Part shown: positions 25,970 to 35,397 of the stretch, one piece after another
How the letters are laid out: every line of letters begins with the position of its first letter
Position numbering within the stretch: position 1 is the first letter of the stretch
Assembly (NCBI GenBank): GCA_964408655.1
Contig: CAYPAH010000001.1
Span: 1 to 44,250, forward strand
Direction: 5' to 3'
Origin: an uncultured Oscillospiraceae bacterium
Lineage (GTDB): Bacteria; Bacillota; Clostridia; Christensenellales; CAG-138
Length of the DNA stretch: 44,250 nucleotides
Made by a program: the position numbers and the translations under genes
Notes under the pieces: model-generated
What the model saw: only the letters and a program-made list of their open reading frames with translations
What the model was told of the DNA's origin: nothing
Databases searched by the model: none

Positions 25970-27703
25970 ATGGAAATAGACAGGAGCGAAAAGCTGCGCG
26001 CGCTCAATATGATATGGAACGCGGCCAAAGATTATTCCATCCTTCCCTCCTTCAAGGTGTATGACGCGCGGGGGCGGGCGGATATCTATTGGAACAGCAT
26101 AATAGGCGCCGTTTACAGGCATTTCGATTTTTCAAGGATAGAAGCTCTGTTTCGCTCGTTCGAGGGCGACGCTTCGGAATATCAGCTAAAAAATCTTCTT
26201 TGGCTGGGTCTGGAAAGCGCTGCCTATTTTCGCGAGCGCGGCGAACGCCCCGTGCTTGACGAGCTTCGTCTTGAATACGCCAGGGCCGTGCTGGCAGAAA
26301 GGCCGAAGCCCGACCCCTTGCTTTTCGAGCGGGTGCAAAGGGCGAGCTGCGCTCTCATCGCCGGAGAAAGACCCGACTGCTCCGAATATTGCCTGAAGCT
26401 TTGCGAGCTGCTTTCTTTTAGCGCCGATATGGACACGGAGATGGTGATAGCGCGCGCAAAAGAGATATTTTCGCTTTATCTTCATTTTGAAGCGGAGGAA
26501 AAGGCAAAAAAAGAAGAAGCCGCGCCCGAAAGCGGGCGAAGCTTACATATCCCGTTTTTGCGCCTTGGAAAAAAGGGCGCTAAAAGGGGCGGCGAGGGGC
26601 GCGCTTCATCCCGTCTTTTCGCTTCCGGCAGCGCGGAGTATTCAAGCGAGAGCGGTTCCGACCCCGAATCTATCAATGTTCGGCTTTCCGCCTTCAATAT
26701 GCGAAGCGAGGATGAGCTGCGCGCCTATATGGAAAATTTTTTCGGCGCTTCCGTTTATAACAGCTCGCAGCTGTCGAGCATGGAAAAAGAGCTTTGCAGC
26801 GGCAGGCACAGCGGCTGCCATCTGCATTTTACCCGAGGCGTTTTCAAGGATAAAAAGGGCTTTAAGGGAAAAGACGATTATCTCAAAATGTCGGCTCTTC
26901 GCCAGCGCGATAAAAACCGCGCATATTACGAAGAGAGACGCACCGAGGCGGAGCATCATATTTCGAGCCTTGCAAGCCGCATTCGAAACTCCATGCTCAC
27001 CCACCTTCAAAGCAGCGCCGTGAAGTCTAACTCCGGCATACTGTGCGCGGGCAGAGTGTGGCGCGAAGAATATCTAAACGATATGAAGATATTTCAAAAG
27101 GAGCTAAAGGGAGAATGCGGAGAGCTGAGCGTAGATATACTGCTCGACGCTTCAAGCTCGCAGGCAAAGCGGCAGGAGCGCCTTGCCACGCAGGCTTATA
27201 TCATAGCCGAAAGCCTGAGCCGCTGCGCCATCCCCGTGCGTCTCTATTCCTTTTGCAGCCTGCGCGGCTTCACTGTCTTTCGCATTTTTCGCGATTATAA
27301 CGAGACTGATAAAAACGCCGAGGTCTTCAATTATTTCACCTCCGGCTGCAATCGCGACGGGCTTGCGCTTAGAGTTTCGCACGATATGCTCTTAAAAAGC
27401 CCGTATGAGCATAAGCTGCTCATAATCCTTTCGGATGTGCGGCCTAACGGCGTTCAGCGCGTAAGAACGGAAAACGGCGAATACAAAAACTACAGCGACG
27501 AGCTTGCCGTGCGCGACACCGCCGCCGAGCTTAGAAGCGCCGAGCGCGATGGCATTTCCGTGCTTTGCGTTTTTACCGGCGAAGAGGACGCGCTCCCCTC
27601 GGCCAAGCTTATTTACGGCACGGGCTTCACCCGCATAAAAGAGCTTGAGCATTTTGCGGACGCGGTAGGCACGCTTATTCAAGAGGAAATAAAAAATTTA
27701 TAG
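25970..27703 (+). CDS. NorD/CobT-like protein: long uncharacterised N-terminal region + C-terminal VWA (MIDAS) domain
   Basis: 577 aa from ATG 25970, 1 nt after the AAA+ stop. A TTG at 25961 is an alternative start. The C-terminal ~190 aa carry a MIDAS DxSxS (ILLDASSSQ) and a later SD motif (LIILSDVRPNG). There is a central low-complexity acidic/Ser region and a Cys/His cluster (CSGRHSGCHLH). Confidence 0.8.
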   Translation: MEIDRSEKLRALNMIWNAAKDYSILPSFKVYDARGRADIYWNSIIGAVYRHFDFSRIEALFRSFEGDASEYQLKNLLWLGLESAAYFRERGERPVLDELRLEYARAVLAERPKPDPLLFERVQRASCALIAGERPDCSEYCLKLCELLSFSADMDTEMVIARAKEIFSLYLHFEAEEKAKKEEAAPESGRSLHIPFLRLGKKGAKRGGEGRASSRLFASGSAEYSSESGSDPESINVRLSAFNMRSEDELRAYMENFFGASVYNSSQLSSMEKELCSGRHSGCHLHFTRGVFKDKKGFKGKDDYLKMSALRQRDKNRAYYEERRTEAEHHISSLASRIRNSMLTHLQSSAVKSNSGILCAGRVWREEYLNDMKIFQKELKGECGELSVDILLDASSSQAKRQERLATQAYIIAESLSRCAIPVRLYSFCSLRGFTVFRIFRDYNETDKNAEVFNYFTSGCNRDGLALRVSHDMLLKSPYEHKLLIILSDVRPNGVQRVRTENGEYKNYSDELAVRDTAAELRSAERDGISVLCVFTGEEDALPSAKLIYGTGFTRIKELEHFADAVGTLIQEEIKNL

Positions 27704-27714
27704 CACTTCAAAAA

Positions 27715-27750
27715 AGCTCGTGACATTTCGCGAATGGAGCTGTGATTTTT
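27715..27750 (+). terminator. Possible terminator after the VWA gene
   Basis: Imperfect hairpin (AGCTC...GAGCT enclosing the CATT/AATG and TTCGCGAA palindrome) followed by GTGATTTTTC. Weak. Confidence 0.3.
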
Positions 27751-27821
27751 CTATTATTTGCTATTGGGTCTGTTATCTGGAATTTGCGAAATGAATACCG
27801 CTTTGATCCGAAAATCCCGAT

Positions 27822-28352
27822 CTATTCAAAAAAGCCGAGCTTTCCAAAGGGAGCGACGCGCAAAAACGCGCGCCCGCGAAGGGCTCCGGCCTCAAGGCGC
27901 ATGTTTTCGGGCGACACCGTCATATATGTGCGGCAGTCCGGCAGAAGGAAATATTCATCCTCTTCAAGCTTTATCTCCTCCATATTCGCCTCTGCGTACT
28001 GCGCGTAAGCCGCCTCGCTCAAAAACACGCCGTTTATATAAACGTTGCCTTCGTCTATCACTATGCTCTCGCCCGGCAGCCCCACTATGCGCCCAAGCAG
28101 GGACGCGCCCTCAAAATCGGCCGAATAGATATCTCCCCGCCGGGGAGTGCGAATAAATTTGCTAAAGCGCGAAAAGAGCACCACGTCTCCCGCCCTTAAA
28201 GTGGGCGACATCCCCTCATCCGCTATCTGCGTGCCTTGAAATACCAGCGCGAAAATGAGCAGCGCTATCAAAAGCGCGACAAAAAGCGTGAACAGCGCGC
28301 TTCTTCTGTGCAGTCTTCCGTATTCCCAGCCGTTTTCTTCTCTGCGTTCCAT
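27822..28352 (-). CDS. Signal peptidase I paralog lacking both catalytic residues (probable pseudo-enzyme)
   Basis: 176 aa from ATG 28352 (TGATG overlap with lepB). S26 fold is recognisable (MSPTL, RGDIY, GRIVGLPGE, VYINGVFL). In alignment with the adjacent active paralog, catalytic Ser aligns to Gly (GDSMLPTL vs DEGMSPTL) and catalytic Lys aligns to Gly (KRVIALPGE vs GRIVGLPGE). Box E GDNRxxSxDSR is absent. Confidence 0.75.
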   Translation of the reverse strand: MERREENGWEYGRLHRRSALFTLFVALLIALLIFALVFQGTQIADEGMSPTLRAGDVVLFSRFSKFIRTPRRGDIYSADFEGASLLGRIVGLPGESIVIDEGNVYINGVFLSEAAYAQYAEANMEEIKLEEDEYFLLPDCRTYMTVSPENMRLEAGALRGRAFLRVAPFGKLGFFE

Positions 28353-28948
28353 CAGATCGCCCTGTAATTTTTGATCGGCCACATAACGAAGTGCGCCCGT
28401 CCCACTATGCGCGAATACGGTATCGGCCCTACGCTTTCAGCGCGGCTGTCCTTGCTCACATTGCGGTTGTCGCCCATGACGAACACGCTGTTTTCCGGCA
28501 CGGTCATCTCTTCCATGTCGCCAAAGATCATATCGTTCCAATATTCGCTCTCGTCAAGCGGCTCTCCGTTTATATATACCGTTCCCCAGCTTATTTTGAT
28601 CCTTTCTCCGGGAAGGGCTATCACCCGCTTAACGCAGTTTTTGCTTTCATCGGGATAGCGGCAGATGATTATCTCGCCGCGTTCGGGATCGCTAAAGTAA
28701 AAACTCACCTTTTCCACAAACATCCGCTCGTTGTTGAAAAGCGTTGGCAGCATAGAGTCCCCGTCAACGCGAACAGGCTCAAACACAAAAAGCCTTATCG
28801 AAAGCGCCACTATCAGCACCACCGCCAGATACAAAAAAAAGTCGATATTGTCGTATTTCCTATAGGCGGGATCGTTCGCGTGGAACTCCTCCTGCGCCTT
28901 CAGCAGTGCGTTCTTTTCCTTTGCTGTGAGCTTCTTTGCTTCACTCAT
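28352..28948 (-). CDS. lepB: Signal peptidase I
   Basis: 198 aa. TM anchor, then GDSMLPTL (Ser), VKRVIALPGE (Lys) and GDNRNVSKDSR. All canonical S26 boxes are present. Confidence 0.9.
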   Translation of the reverse strand: MSEAKKLTAKEKNALLKAQEEFHANDPAYRKYDNIDFFLYLAVVLIVALSIRLFVFEPVRVDGDSMLPTLFNNERMFVEKVSFYFSDPERGEIIICRYPDESKNCVKRVIALPGERIKISWGTVYINGEPLDESEYWNDMIFGDMEEMTVPENSVFVMGDNRNVSKDSRAESVGPIPYSRIVGRAHFVMWPIKNYRAI

Positions 28949-29145
28949 TCCCCGTTACCTTCTTGCATAATCAATTTTTTTGCGCTCTTTATAAAATCCG
29001 CCCGGTCAAGCATCACTATACGTCCGCATTGCAGGCATTTTATCTTTACGTCCGCGCCGGTGCGTATTATCGTCCACTCGTTGCTCCCGCAGGCGTGAGG
29101 CTTGCGCATCACCACGCGGTCGCCAAGCTCAAAGCTTTCTATCAT
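28945..29145 (-). CDS. DUF951-family small protein
   Basis: 66 aa from ATG 29145 (AGAGGAGAAG RBS). FELGDRVVMRKPHACGSNEWTIIRTGADVKIKCLQCGR matches my memory of DUF951. Confidence 0.7.
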   Translation of the reverse strand: MIESFELGDRVVMRKPHACGSNEWTIIRTGADVKIKCLQCGRIVMLDRADFIKSAKKLIMQEGNGE

Positions 29146-29161
29146 CTTCGGCTTCTCCTCT

Positions 29162-30949
29162 TTATATGGCTCTTGTGGCTTCTTTGAGCCATTCAAGCAT
29201 TTCGCTCTCGCCCTCAAAGCAGGGCGTCAACGCGGAAAGCACCTGCGCGTGATATGCGTTCAAAGCGCTTTTTTCCTCGGCGTTGAGCATTGAGTCCTCC
29301 ACAGCGTCAAGGTCTATGGGCGAAAGCGTCAGCGGCTCAAAGCAAAGGAACTCGCCGTAAGGCGTGGTTTCGGCCTTGCGGCAGAGCAAAAGGTTTTCGA
29401 GCCTTATTCCGTGGCTTTCCTCTTCATAAATACCCGGCTCGTCGCTGACCACCATCCCGGGCGCAAATATAAAGCCCTCGTGCTTATGGCGGATGCGAAC
29501 GGGATCTTCATGCACTCCGAGAAGATAGCCTACGCCGTGTCCCGTGCCATGCCTGTAATCAAGACCCTCTCTCCAGATGGGCGCGCGGGCGAGCATGTCG
29601 AGCTGCTCTCCCTCGGTGTCCGCGGGAAAGCGCGCGTTCATAAGCGCGAGCATGGCCTTGAGCACCAGAGTATAATGCCGCTTTTCCTTTTCCGTCACGG
29701 CGCCAAGCGCATATGTGCGCGTCAGGTCTGTAGTTCCTTCATAATATTGTCCGCCCGAGTCAACGAGCAAAAGCCCTCTCGCCTCTATGGGGACGTTGCT
29801 TTGCGCGTCGGCCTTGTAATGAACTATCGCCGCGTGCTCGCCGTAGCCGCATATCGTTTCGAAGGAAAGCCCTATGCAGCCCTCGGTTTTAAGTCTCATT
29901 TCATCCAGATACTCCGCCGCCGAAAGCTCGCTTACGCCCTCTCTGCCGGCGTTTTTCTTTATCCAGCGCATAAACTTCGCAAGCACCGCGCCATCCTTGC
30001 GGTGCGCTTCGCGCATGTGCCTTATCTGGGTCTCGTTTTTTATTATGCGCCCGCGCGTGAGCTGATCGCCCGCTTCAACGACTATCGCGTTCTGATTCAG
30101 CGCGCTCCAAAGAGAATAATTGGTCTTCGCCGCGCTTAGCATCGCCATCGTGCCCTTTTCATATCTTGCCGCGCAGCCGAGCGCCGCCTCATAAGGGCGA
30201 AACTCCACGCCCAGCGCTTCAAGCGCCGCGTCAAATTCATCGCTTCTCTTTTTCGCGTCTATGCAAAGCGTAACGCGCTCTTTTTCAACAAAGCAAAAGC
30301 AAAGCGGAACGGGGGTATGCGGCATGTCTCCGCCGCGAATGTTCAGCAGCCACGCAATATCCTCGCAATCAGATAGTACCCAAAGCTCGGCGCCCTGCTC
30401 TTCCATAGCGGCGCGTATGGCTTTAAGCTTATGCTCCGCGCTCTCTCCGGCGTATTTTTCATCGAGCAGCCATGCCTTGGCCTCCGGCATGGGCGGCCTG
30501 TCCGTCCATATGGGCGAGATAAGATCCTCGCCGCTTCTTATCTCTATCTCTTTATCGGCGAAAAGCGCGGAATAGCTTTTTACGGTTCGCGCATCCATCG
30601 TGGCGCCGTCAAAGCCCAGCGCGGCGTTTTCTTCAAGCGTGTCATGCAAAAAGTCGCCTATTTCCGGCACGTCCTTTTCGCCGAGCCTCATAAGCTCTAT
30701 GCCGCTTCCCTCAAGCTGCTTAGCGGCCTGCAAAAAGTAGCGTCCGTCCGTCCAGAGATACGCCTTTTCGGGCAGCACTACGAGCGTGCCCGCCGAGCCT
30801 GTGAAGCCAGAAAAATATTCCCGCGCGCGAAAATGCGCACACACATATTCCGAGCCGTGATAATCGTCCGTCGGAATAATATAAGCGCCAAGCCCCGCCT
30901 GCTTCATGCCTTTTCTAAGCGCTTTGAGCCTTTGTGTGATAACGTTCAT
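29162..30949 (-). CDS. Xaa-Pro aminopeptidase (M24B, aminopeptidase P family)
   Basis: 595 aa. Creatinase-like N-terminal domains plus an M24 pita-bread core with metal ligands (VDSGGQY; HGTGHGVG; SDEPGIY; IRLEN). Confidence 0.85.
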   Translation of the reverse strand: MNVITQRLKALRKGMKQAGLGAYIIPTDDYHGSEYVCAHFRAREYFSGFTGSAGTLVVLPEKAYLWTDGRYFLQAAKQLEGSGIELMRLGEKDVPEIGDFLHDTLEENAALGFDGATMDARTVKSYSALFADKEIEIRSGEDLISPIWTDRPPMPEAKAWLLDEKYAGESAEHKLKAIRAAMEEQGAELWVLSDCEDIAWLLNIRGGDMPHTPVPLCFCFVEKERVTLCIDAKKRSDEFDAALEALGVEFRPYEAALGCAARYEKGTMAMLSAAKTNYSLWSALNQNAIVVEAGDQLTRGRIIKNETQIRHMREAHRKDGAVLAKFMRWIKKNAGREGVSELSAAEYLDEMRLKTEGCIGLSFETICGYGEHAAIVHYKADAQSNVPIEARGLLLVDSGGQYYEGTTDLTRTYALGAVTEKEKRHYTLVLKAMLALMNARFPADTEGEQLDMLARAPIWREGLDYRHGTGHGVGYLLGVHEDPVRIRHKHEGFIFAPGMVVSDEPGIYEEESHGIRLENLLLCRKAETTPYGEFLCFEPLTLSPIDLDAVEDSMLNAEEKSALNAYHAQVLSALTPCFEGESEMLEWLKEATRAI

Positions 30950-30960
30950 TTTACCCTTCC

Positions 30961-31446
30961 TTATGGATCGATAATGTCAATGGGCAGCCCGCGCCGTTTA
31001 GCCCTTTCCACGGTGTAAGCCGTGCCGCCCGGTTTGCCGTCGTATACGGCTATCATGCGCTCGCTGTTTTCTATGATATAATCATTTCTCGCAAAATAAC
31101 AGCCCCGCGTGTGCGTTTTTGACAGCGTTTTAACGCTGTCGCAGCGGGCGATGAGACTTTCAAAGCTCATTTTATCAGAATCGCACCACGAAACATGCGG
31201 GCTTTCAAAGGGCAGAGCCGCTTCAAGGCGCAGCCCTTCATGCTCTGCTTTAAGCTCCGTCACCGCCTGTGCGAAAATAAGGTCGCTGCCCTCCGCAAAG
31301 CCGCAGATAAAATCCTCGCAGCCCTTTTCAAAAGCGCACAGCACCGCCTTTTTGAGCTTTGCCTTCAGCAGTTCTATCGCGGGAGCGTCCTTTCGCGAAA
31401 AAGGCAGCTTTTCAAAGCGGTATCCCGTAAAGCCGCAGGCGCTCAT
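30961..31446 (-). CDS. DUF1273/SLOG-family protein (YpsA-like)
   Basis: 161 aa. CGFTGYR start and a GxxGG-like tail (GKPGGTAYTV), recalled as DUF1273 features. Confidence 0.65.
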   Translation of the reverse strand: MSACGFTGYRFEKLPFSRKDAPAIELLKAKLKKAVLCAFEKGCEDFICGFAEGSDLIFAQAVTELKAEHEGLRLEAALPFESPHVSWCDSDKMSFESLIARCDSVKTLSKTHTRGCYFARNDYIIENSERMIAVYDGKPGGTAYTVERAKRRGLPIDIIDP

Positions 31447-31697
31447 CCTTCCAAAACTTTACGCAGGCAGCGCGCAAGCTGATCGCTGCACGAGGTGGGC
31501 TTCACCCCGCAGCGGATGCCAAGAAGCTTATCCGATATCTGCTTCGCGTCCTCGCCCTCGCAAAGCTTCCCCAGCGCCTTGAGATTTCCGTCGCAGCCGC
31601 CGGTATAAACGAGATTGTGTATCTTTTTTTCCTCATCCAGATCGAAGTCTATGCGGCTTGAACAGACCGCCTTGGTATAAAAGGTATGATGCGTCAT
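31443..31697 (-). CDS. TSCPD-domain small protein (TIGR03905-like)
   Basis: 84 aa. Pattern C-SRIDF...YTGGCDGNLKAL...GIRCG...TSCSDQLA matches the 4-Cys TIGR03905 family, from memory. Confidence 0.65.
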   Translation of the reverse strand: MTHHTFYTKAVCSSRIDFDLDEEKKIHNLVYTGGCDGNLKALGKLCEGEDAKQISDKLLGIRCGVKPTSCSDQLARCLRKVLEG

Positions 31698-32482
31698 ATT
31701 TCCGTTTCTCCTTCAAATACGAATTCGGCCGGACCCGTCATATAGGCGGACGCGCCCTCTTTTTCTATCGTTAAGGCGCCAAGCGTCAAATGCACCTTCA
31801 GTTTTTCTTCTGTGAGCCCCGCCCGCATCGCGCAAAGCGCGGAGCTTGTCGCGCCCGTGCCGCAGCAAAGCGTTTCGCCGCAGCCGCGCTCCCAAACGCG
31901 CATGGTGATGTTTTCCCTGTCGTCCACTCTGATAAAATCAACGTTCGTTCCATTGGGAAAAGCCTTCGCCCATTCGAGCAGCGCGCCTATCTTCATCCAT
32001 TTGCGGCTTTCAGGATCGTTCACGGGAACGACGGCGTGGGGAACGCCCATGATTAGCGGCCAGTATTCTATGTCGCTGCCCTCTATATTTACGCGGCGCA
32101 GACCATCGCTCAAAAATTCCGGCTCGCCCATGCATATGCGTATGTTCGCATTTTCAAGACATTCCGCCTCTTTCACGCCCGCAAGCGTTTCAATAGTCAT
32201 TTTGTCCTTTGAAACTATGCCTCGCTCGCGCACATAACGCGCAAAACAGCGTATTCCGTTGCCGCACATTTCGGCCTCGCTGCCGTCGCTGTTTATTATC
32301 CGCATACGGATATCGGCCTTTTCAGAGCTTTTTATAAGTATAAGCCCGTCCGCGCCTATGCCCGTGCGCCTGTTGCAAAGCACTTTGCCCAATAAGGCAA
32401 GCTCACTGAGCCTTTCTTTTCTTTCGTCAAGCACGATAAAATCGTTGCCCAGACCATGCATTTTTGTAAAACAGATCTTCAT
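31694..32482 (-). CDS. dapF: Diaminopimelate epimerase
   Basis: 262 aa from ATG 32482. MHGLGNDF at the N-terminus and two catalytic Cys motifs (MCGNGIRC; CCGTGATS). Confidence 0.9.
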   Translation of the reverse strand: MKICFTKMHGLGNDFIVLDERKERLSELALLGKVLCNRRTGIGADGLILIKSSEKADIRMRIINSDGSEAEMCGNGIRCFARYVRERGIVSKDKMTIETLAGVKEAECLENANIRICMGEPEFLSDGLRRVNIEGSDIEYWPLIMGVPHAVVPVNDPESRKWMKIGALLEWAKAFPNGTNVDFIRVDDRENITMRVWERGCGETLCCGTGATSSALCAMRAGLTEEKLKVHLTLGALTIEKEGASAYMTGPAEFVFEGETEI

Positions 32483-32637
32483 GCGCCGATTATACCACAT
32501 CTTGCTAACGCGCTTCCACTCCCGCGTGTGAACTTTTCTGTGACTTACTGTACAAAAGTCGAGCTTTGCGCTATCATTATTGTGTTAATTTATGTATTCA
32601 TATACATATTTACTGAAAGGAAAAGAAAAGTATTAGT

Positions 32638-33540
32638 ATGTCTGCTTTTCACTTTATTGTCAATCCGCTTGCAGGAAGCGGGCGCAGCGCGGAGCTTTTT
32701 GCAGTTGTTGAGGAGAAACTCAAGGCTCTTGGCATTTCTTATGAAAGCACCTTCACCACGGCCGCCCATCAGGGGGCGGAGCTGACGAGAGAGGCCATTG
32801 CGGCGGGCGCGGAGTGCGTCGTCGCCGTTGGCGGAGACGGCACCATAAACGAGGTGGCGGAGGGGCTTTTCGGACATGAGGGAGTGAAATTCGGCGTTAT
32901 GCCTTTCGGCTCCGGCAACGATTTTGCCCGCTGTACGGGTATTCCGGCGGAAGCCGAGGGCGCGCTTGATGTCATTTTGGGCGGTTTTACGCGAAAGCTG
33001 GACATTGGCCGCGCCAACGACCGTTTTTTCGTGAATGTCGCGGGCATCGGCTTCGATGTGGACGTGCTTCGCGCCACGGAAAAATACAAGGTGAAATATA
33101 ACGGCATGTTTCCTTACCTCATGGGGATCTTCGACGCGCTTTTCCACCTTCGCGCCATGCACATGACTATAGACGTGAACGGTGAAACTATCAAGCAGGA
33201 TGCTTTGCTCGTGGCCATAGGCAACGGACAGTATTTCGGCGGAGGGATGCAGGCGCTTCCCCATGCCGATCCCTTTGACGGGCTTTTTGACATACGCATA
33301 GTCAAAAAGGTGTCGATCCCCCGCTTTTTGATGCTTTTGCCCCGCTTCGTCAAGGGCAGCTTAAAGGACGACTGCCCCTTGCTTTTGAACCTTCGCAGCG
33401 ATAAGCTCCGCGTTTCCTGCGCAGAGGAATGCGCTCTCGATCTCGACGGCGAGCTTTTATCGCAAACGCCCGCGGAATTTTCGCTCGTCCCCGGCGCGCT
33501 TGAGCTCTTCGTAAAAAAAGAAAAGGATGAACCCTCTTAA
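32638..33540 (+). CDS. Diacylglycerol kinase-family lipid kinase (YegS/BmrU-like)
   Basis: 300 aa with DAGK catalytic-domain motifs (FIVNPLAGSG; VAVGGDGTINEV; PFGSGNDFA). Confidence 0.85.
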   Translation: MSAFHFIVNPLAGSGRSAELFAVVEEKLKALGISYESTFTTAAHQGAELTREAIAAGAECVVAVGGDGTINEVAEGLFGHEGVKFGVMPFGSGNDFARCTGIPAEAEGALDVILGGFTRKLDIGRANDRFFVNVAGIGFDVDVLRATEKYKVKYNGMFPYLMGIFDALFHLRAMHMTIDVNGETIKQDALLVAIGNGQYFGGGMQALPHADPFDGLFDIRIVKKVSIPRFLMLLPRFVKGSLKDDCPLLLNLRSDKLRVSCAEECALDLDGELLSQTPAEFSLVPGALELFVKKEKDEPS

Positions 33541-34668
33541 ATGGCATTAAAACGGCGCTTTGTAGCGCGCAACAAGAAAAAAACGATTTTGCGGCTTTGC
33601 CTGCTCTTCGCCGTTCCGCTTTTGATAGCAGGAATAGTTTTCGGCTGCATAAAGCTTCTTAAGACCGGCGGCCCGAGGGTAAAGCTCAGCGAGCTCCCCT
33701 TTTTGCCCGAAGACAGCTATACCTATACCGGCAGCGGCTTCCTTTATTATAAAGAGGGCAAGCTCATATACGAAGACGATTCCGATAAAAAGAAAAACTA
33801 CAGCCTTTCCGCCACAAGCGCCTCATCCTCGCTGCGCCTTGCGGCGGGCAGCGGGCTTTCTGTGCTTTATAACGAAAGCTCTATGCTAATAGCCGGGGCG
33901 AACACGCCCATAAGCTTTAGCGGCACGGTCTCGCGCGTACTTTGCGGCGTAAGCCATATCGCCGTATATGTCAGAAGCGAAAACTCCGATTCCATCGAGA
34001 TATATTCTGCCGACGGCACGCAGACCAACGTTCTTGATTTTTCCACCGCCTCTCTTATCAATTTCGGCATAGACGCGGGCAGCGAGGACACCCTTTGGAC
34101 GCTCACCCTCGCCACGAACGGCGGCTCTCCCGTTTCCACGGTGACCACTTATAATCTCACGCAAGGCGTGACCAACGGGCTGATGAATGTGCAGGACGAG
34201 CTTATCGAGGATGTGTTTTTCACCGAAAAGAGCATATTCCTTTGCGGCACGAATCACATAATCCGCTATAACCGCAGCGGCAACAACGAGGTCTACCGCG
34301 AGCTTATCTATGGCTATCAGCCGATAGACTTTTCCAATTCCTCATCGGGACCCGTGTTCATGCTGCATTCCCGCGCGGAGGACGGCTTTGACAATGTCCG
34401 CCTCTATTCCCTGCAGGAGGCTGATCTGCCTTCGGCGAAAATAAGCAATGTGCAGCTTCCCGCGGGCACGCTCAGCGCCCGCCTTTACGGGGGAAAGCTC
34501 GCGGTCTTCACGCAAAGCTCGCTTTATCTTTATGATGGCGGCGGGGTATTGAGCGGCTCGCAGGAGCTTGAAGAGGGAATAAGCTTAACGAGCGTTGAAA
34601 AGCTCTCTGAAAGCAAGGCGCTTATCTCAAACGGCAGCGCGCTTTACGCGCTCAACATGAAAGGCTAA
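33541..34668 (+). CDS. Membrane-anchored hypothetical protein (beta-rich ectodomain)
   Basis: 375 aa. ATG directly abuts the upstream stop. N-terminal basic segment plus a TM helix. No family confidently recognised. Confidence 0.6.
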   Translation: MALKRRFVARNKKKTILRLCLLFAVPLLIAGIVFGCIKLLKTGGPRVKLSELPFLPEDSYTYTGSGFLYYKEGKLIYEDDSDKKKNYSLSATSASSSLRLAAGSGLSVLYNESSMLIAGANTPISFSGTVSRVLCGVSHIAVYVRSENSDSIEIYSADGTQTNVLDFSTASLINFGIDAGSEDTLWTLTLATNGGSPVSTVTTYNLTQGVTNGLMNVQDELIEDVFFTEKSIFLCGTNHIIRYNRSGNNEVYRELIYGYQPIDFSNSSSGPVFMLHSRAEDGFDNVRLYSLQEADLPSAKISNVQLPAGTLSARLYGGKLAVFTQSSLYLYDGGGVLSGSQELEEGISLTSVEKLSESKALISNGSALYALNMKG

Positions 34669-34674
34669 ACGATT

Positions 34675-35391
34675 ATGAATCTTTTGGATTACTGCGTGCT
34701 CGGCATATTCGTCGTATTTATACTGCGCGGGATTTACAAGGGCTTTATAAGCACCCTTTTCTCTATCGGCGCGTTCATCCTCGCGTGGCTTCTTGCGCTC
34801 GTTTTCATGCCGCTTGGCTCAAAGACCATTCGCAACAACGAGCATCTTTACGACATGATGCTCTATTACACCGAGGGCAGCGAATATATCGCCAATAACG
34901 TTGGCGTTGAAAGCGCGCGGCTGAACATTTCACAGGTGGGCAGTCAAGAACTCAGCGATATAGTTACCAAGGCCAACGTTCCTTATCCCATGGATAAAGA
35001 GATACTTTCAAACGTCGCAAAGGAAGCCTTTGCCGGGCAGAATATCAGCACTCTCGGAGATTATTTCAACCAGACGATGGTCTGCGTTTTCGTGAACATC
35101 ATCTCCTTTTTCGCTTTCTTTTTCTTATTCAGGCTGATACTCGCGTTTTTCATAGAGGGTGTGGATTATTCATGGCGCTTCCCCATGCTTCGCACGGGCG
35201 ACGCGCTTCTCGGCGCCGGACTTGGCATTCTGCGCGGTATGCTCTCGCTTTTCCTGCTCTTTATGCTCATGCCCGTGCTGCTCACGATAGTCGGCCAGTT
35301 CGACCTTATCACCAATATGATAGAAGAATCCTTCTTTGCGCCCTTCTTCTATTATTCCAATTTCCTTTTAAGCATGATTCCGGGGGTATAA
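34675..35391 (+). CDS. cvpA: CvpA-family membrane protein
   Basis: 238 aa. N-terminus MNLLDYCVLGIFVVFILRGIYKGF and a multi-TM layout typical of CvpA. Confidence 0.7.
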   Translation: MNLLDYCVLGIFVVFILRGIYKGFISTLFSIGAFILAWLLALVFMPLGSKTIRNNEHLYDMMLYYTEGSEYIANNVGVESARLNISQVGSQELSDIVTKANVPYPMDKEILSNVAKEAFAGQNISTLGDYFNQTMVCVFVNIISFFAFFFLFRLILAFFIEGVDYSWRFPMLRTGDALLGAGLGILRGMLSLFLLFMLMPVLLTIVGQFDLITNMIEESFFAPFFYYSNFLLSMIPGV

Positions 35392-35397
35392 GCAAAT

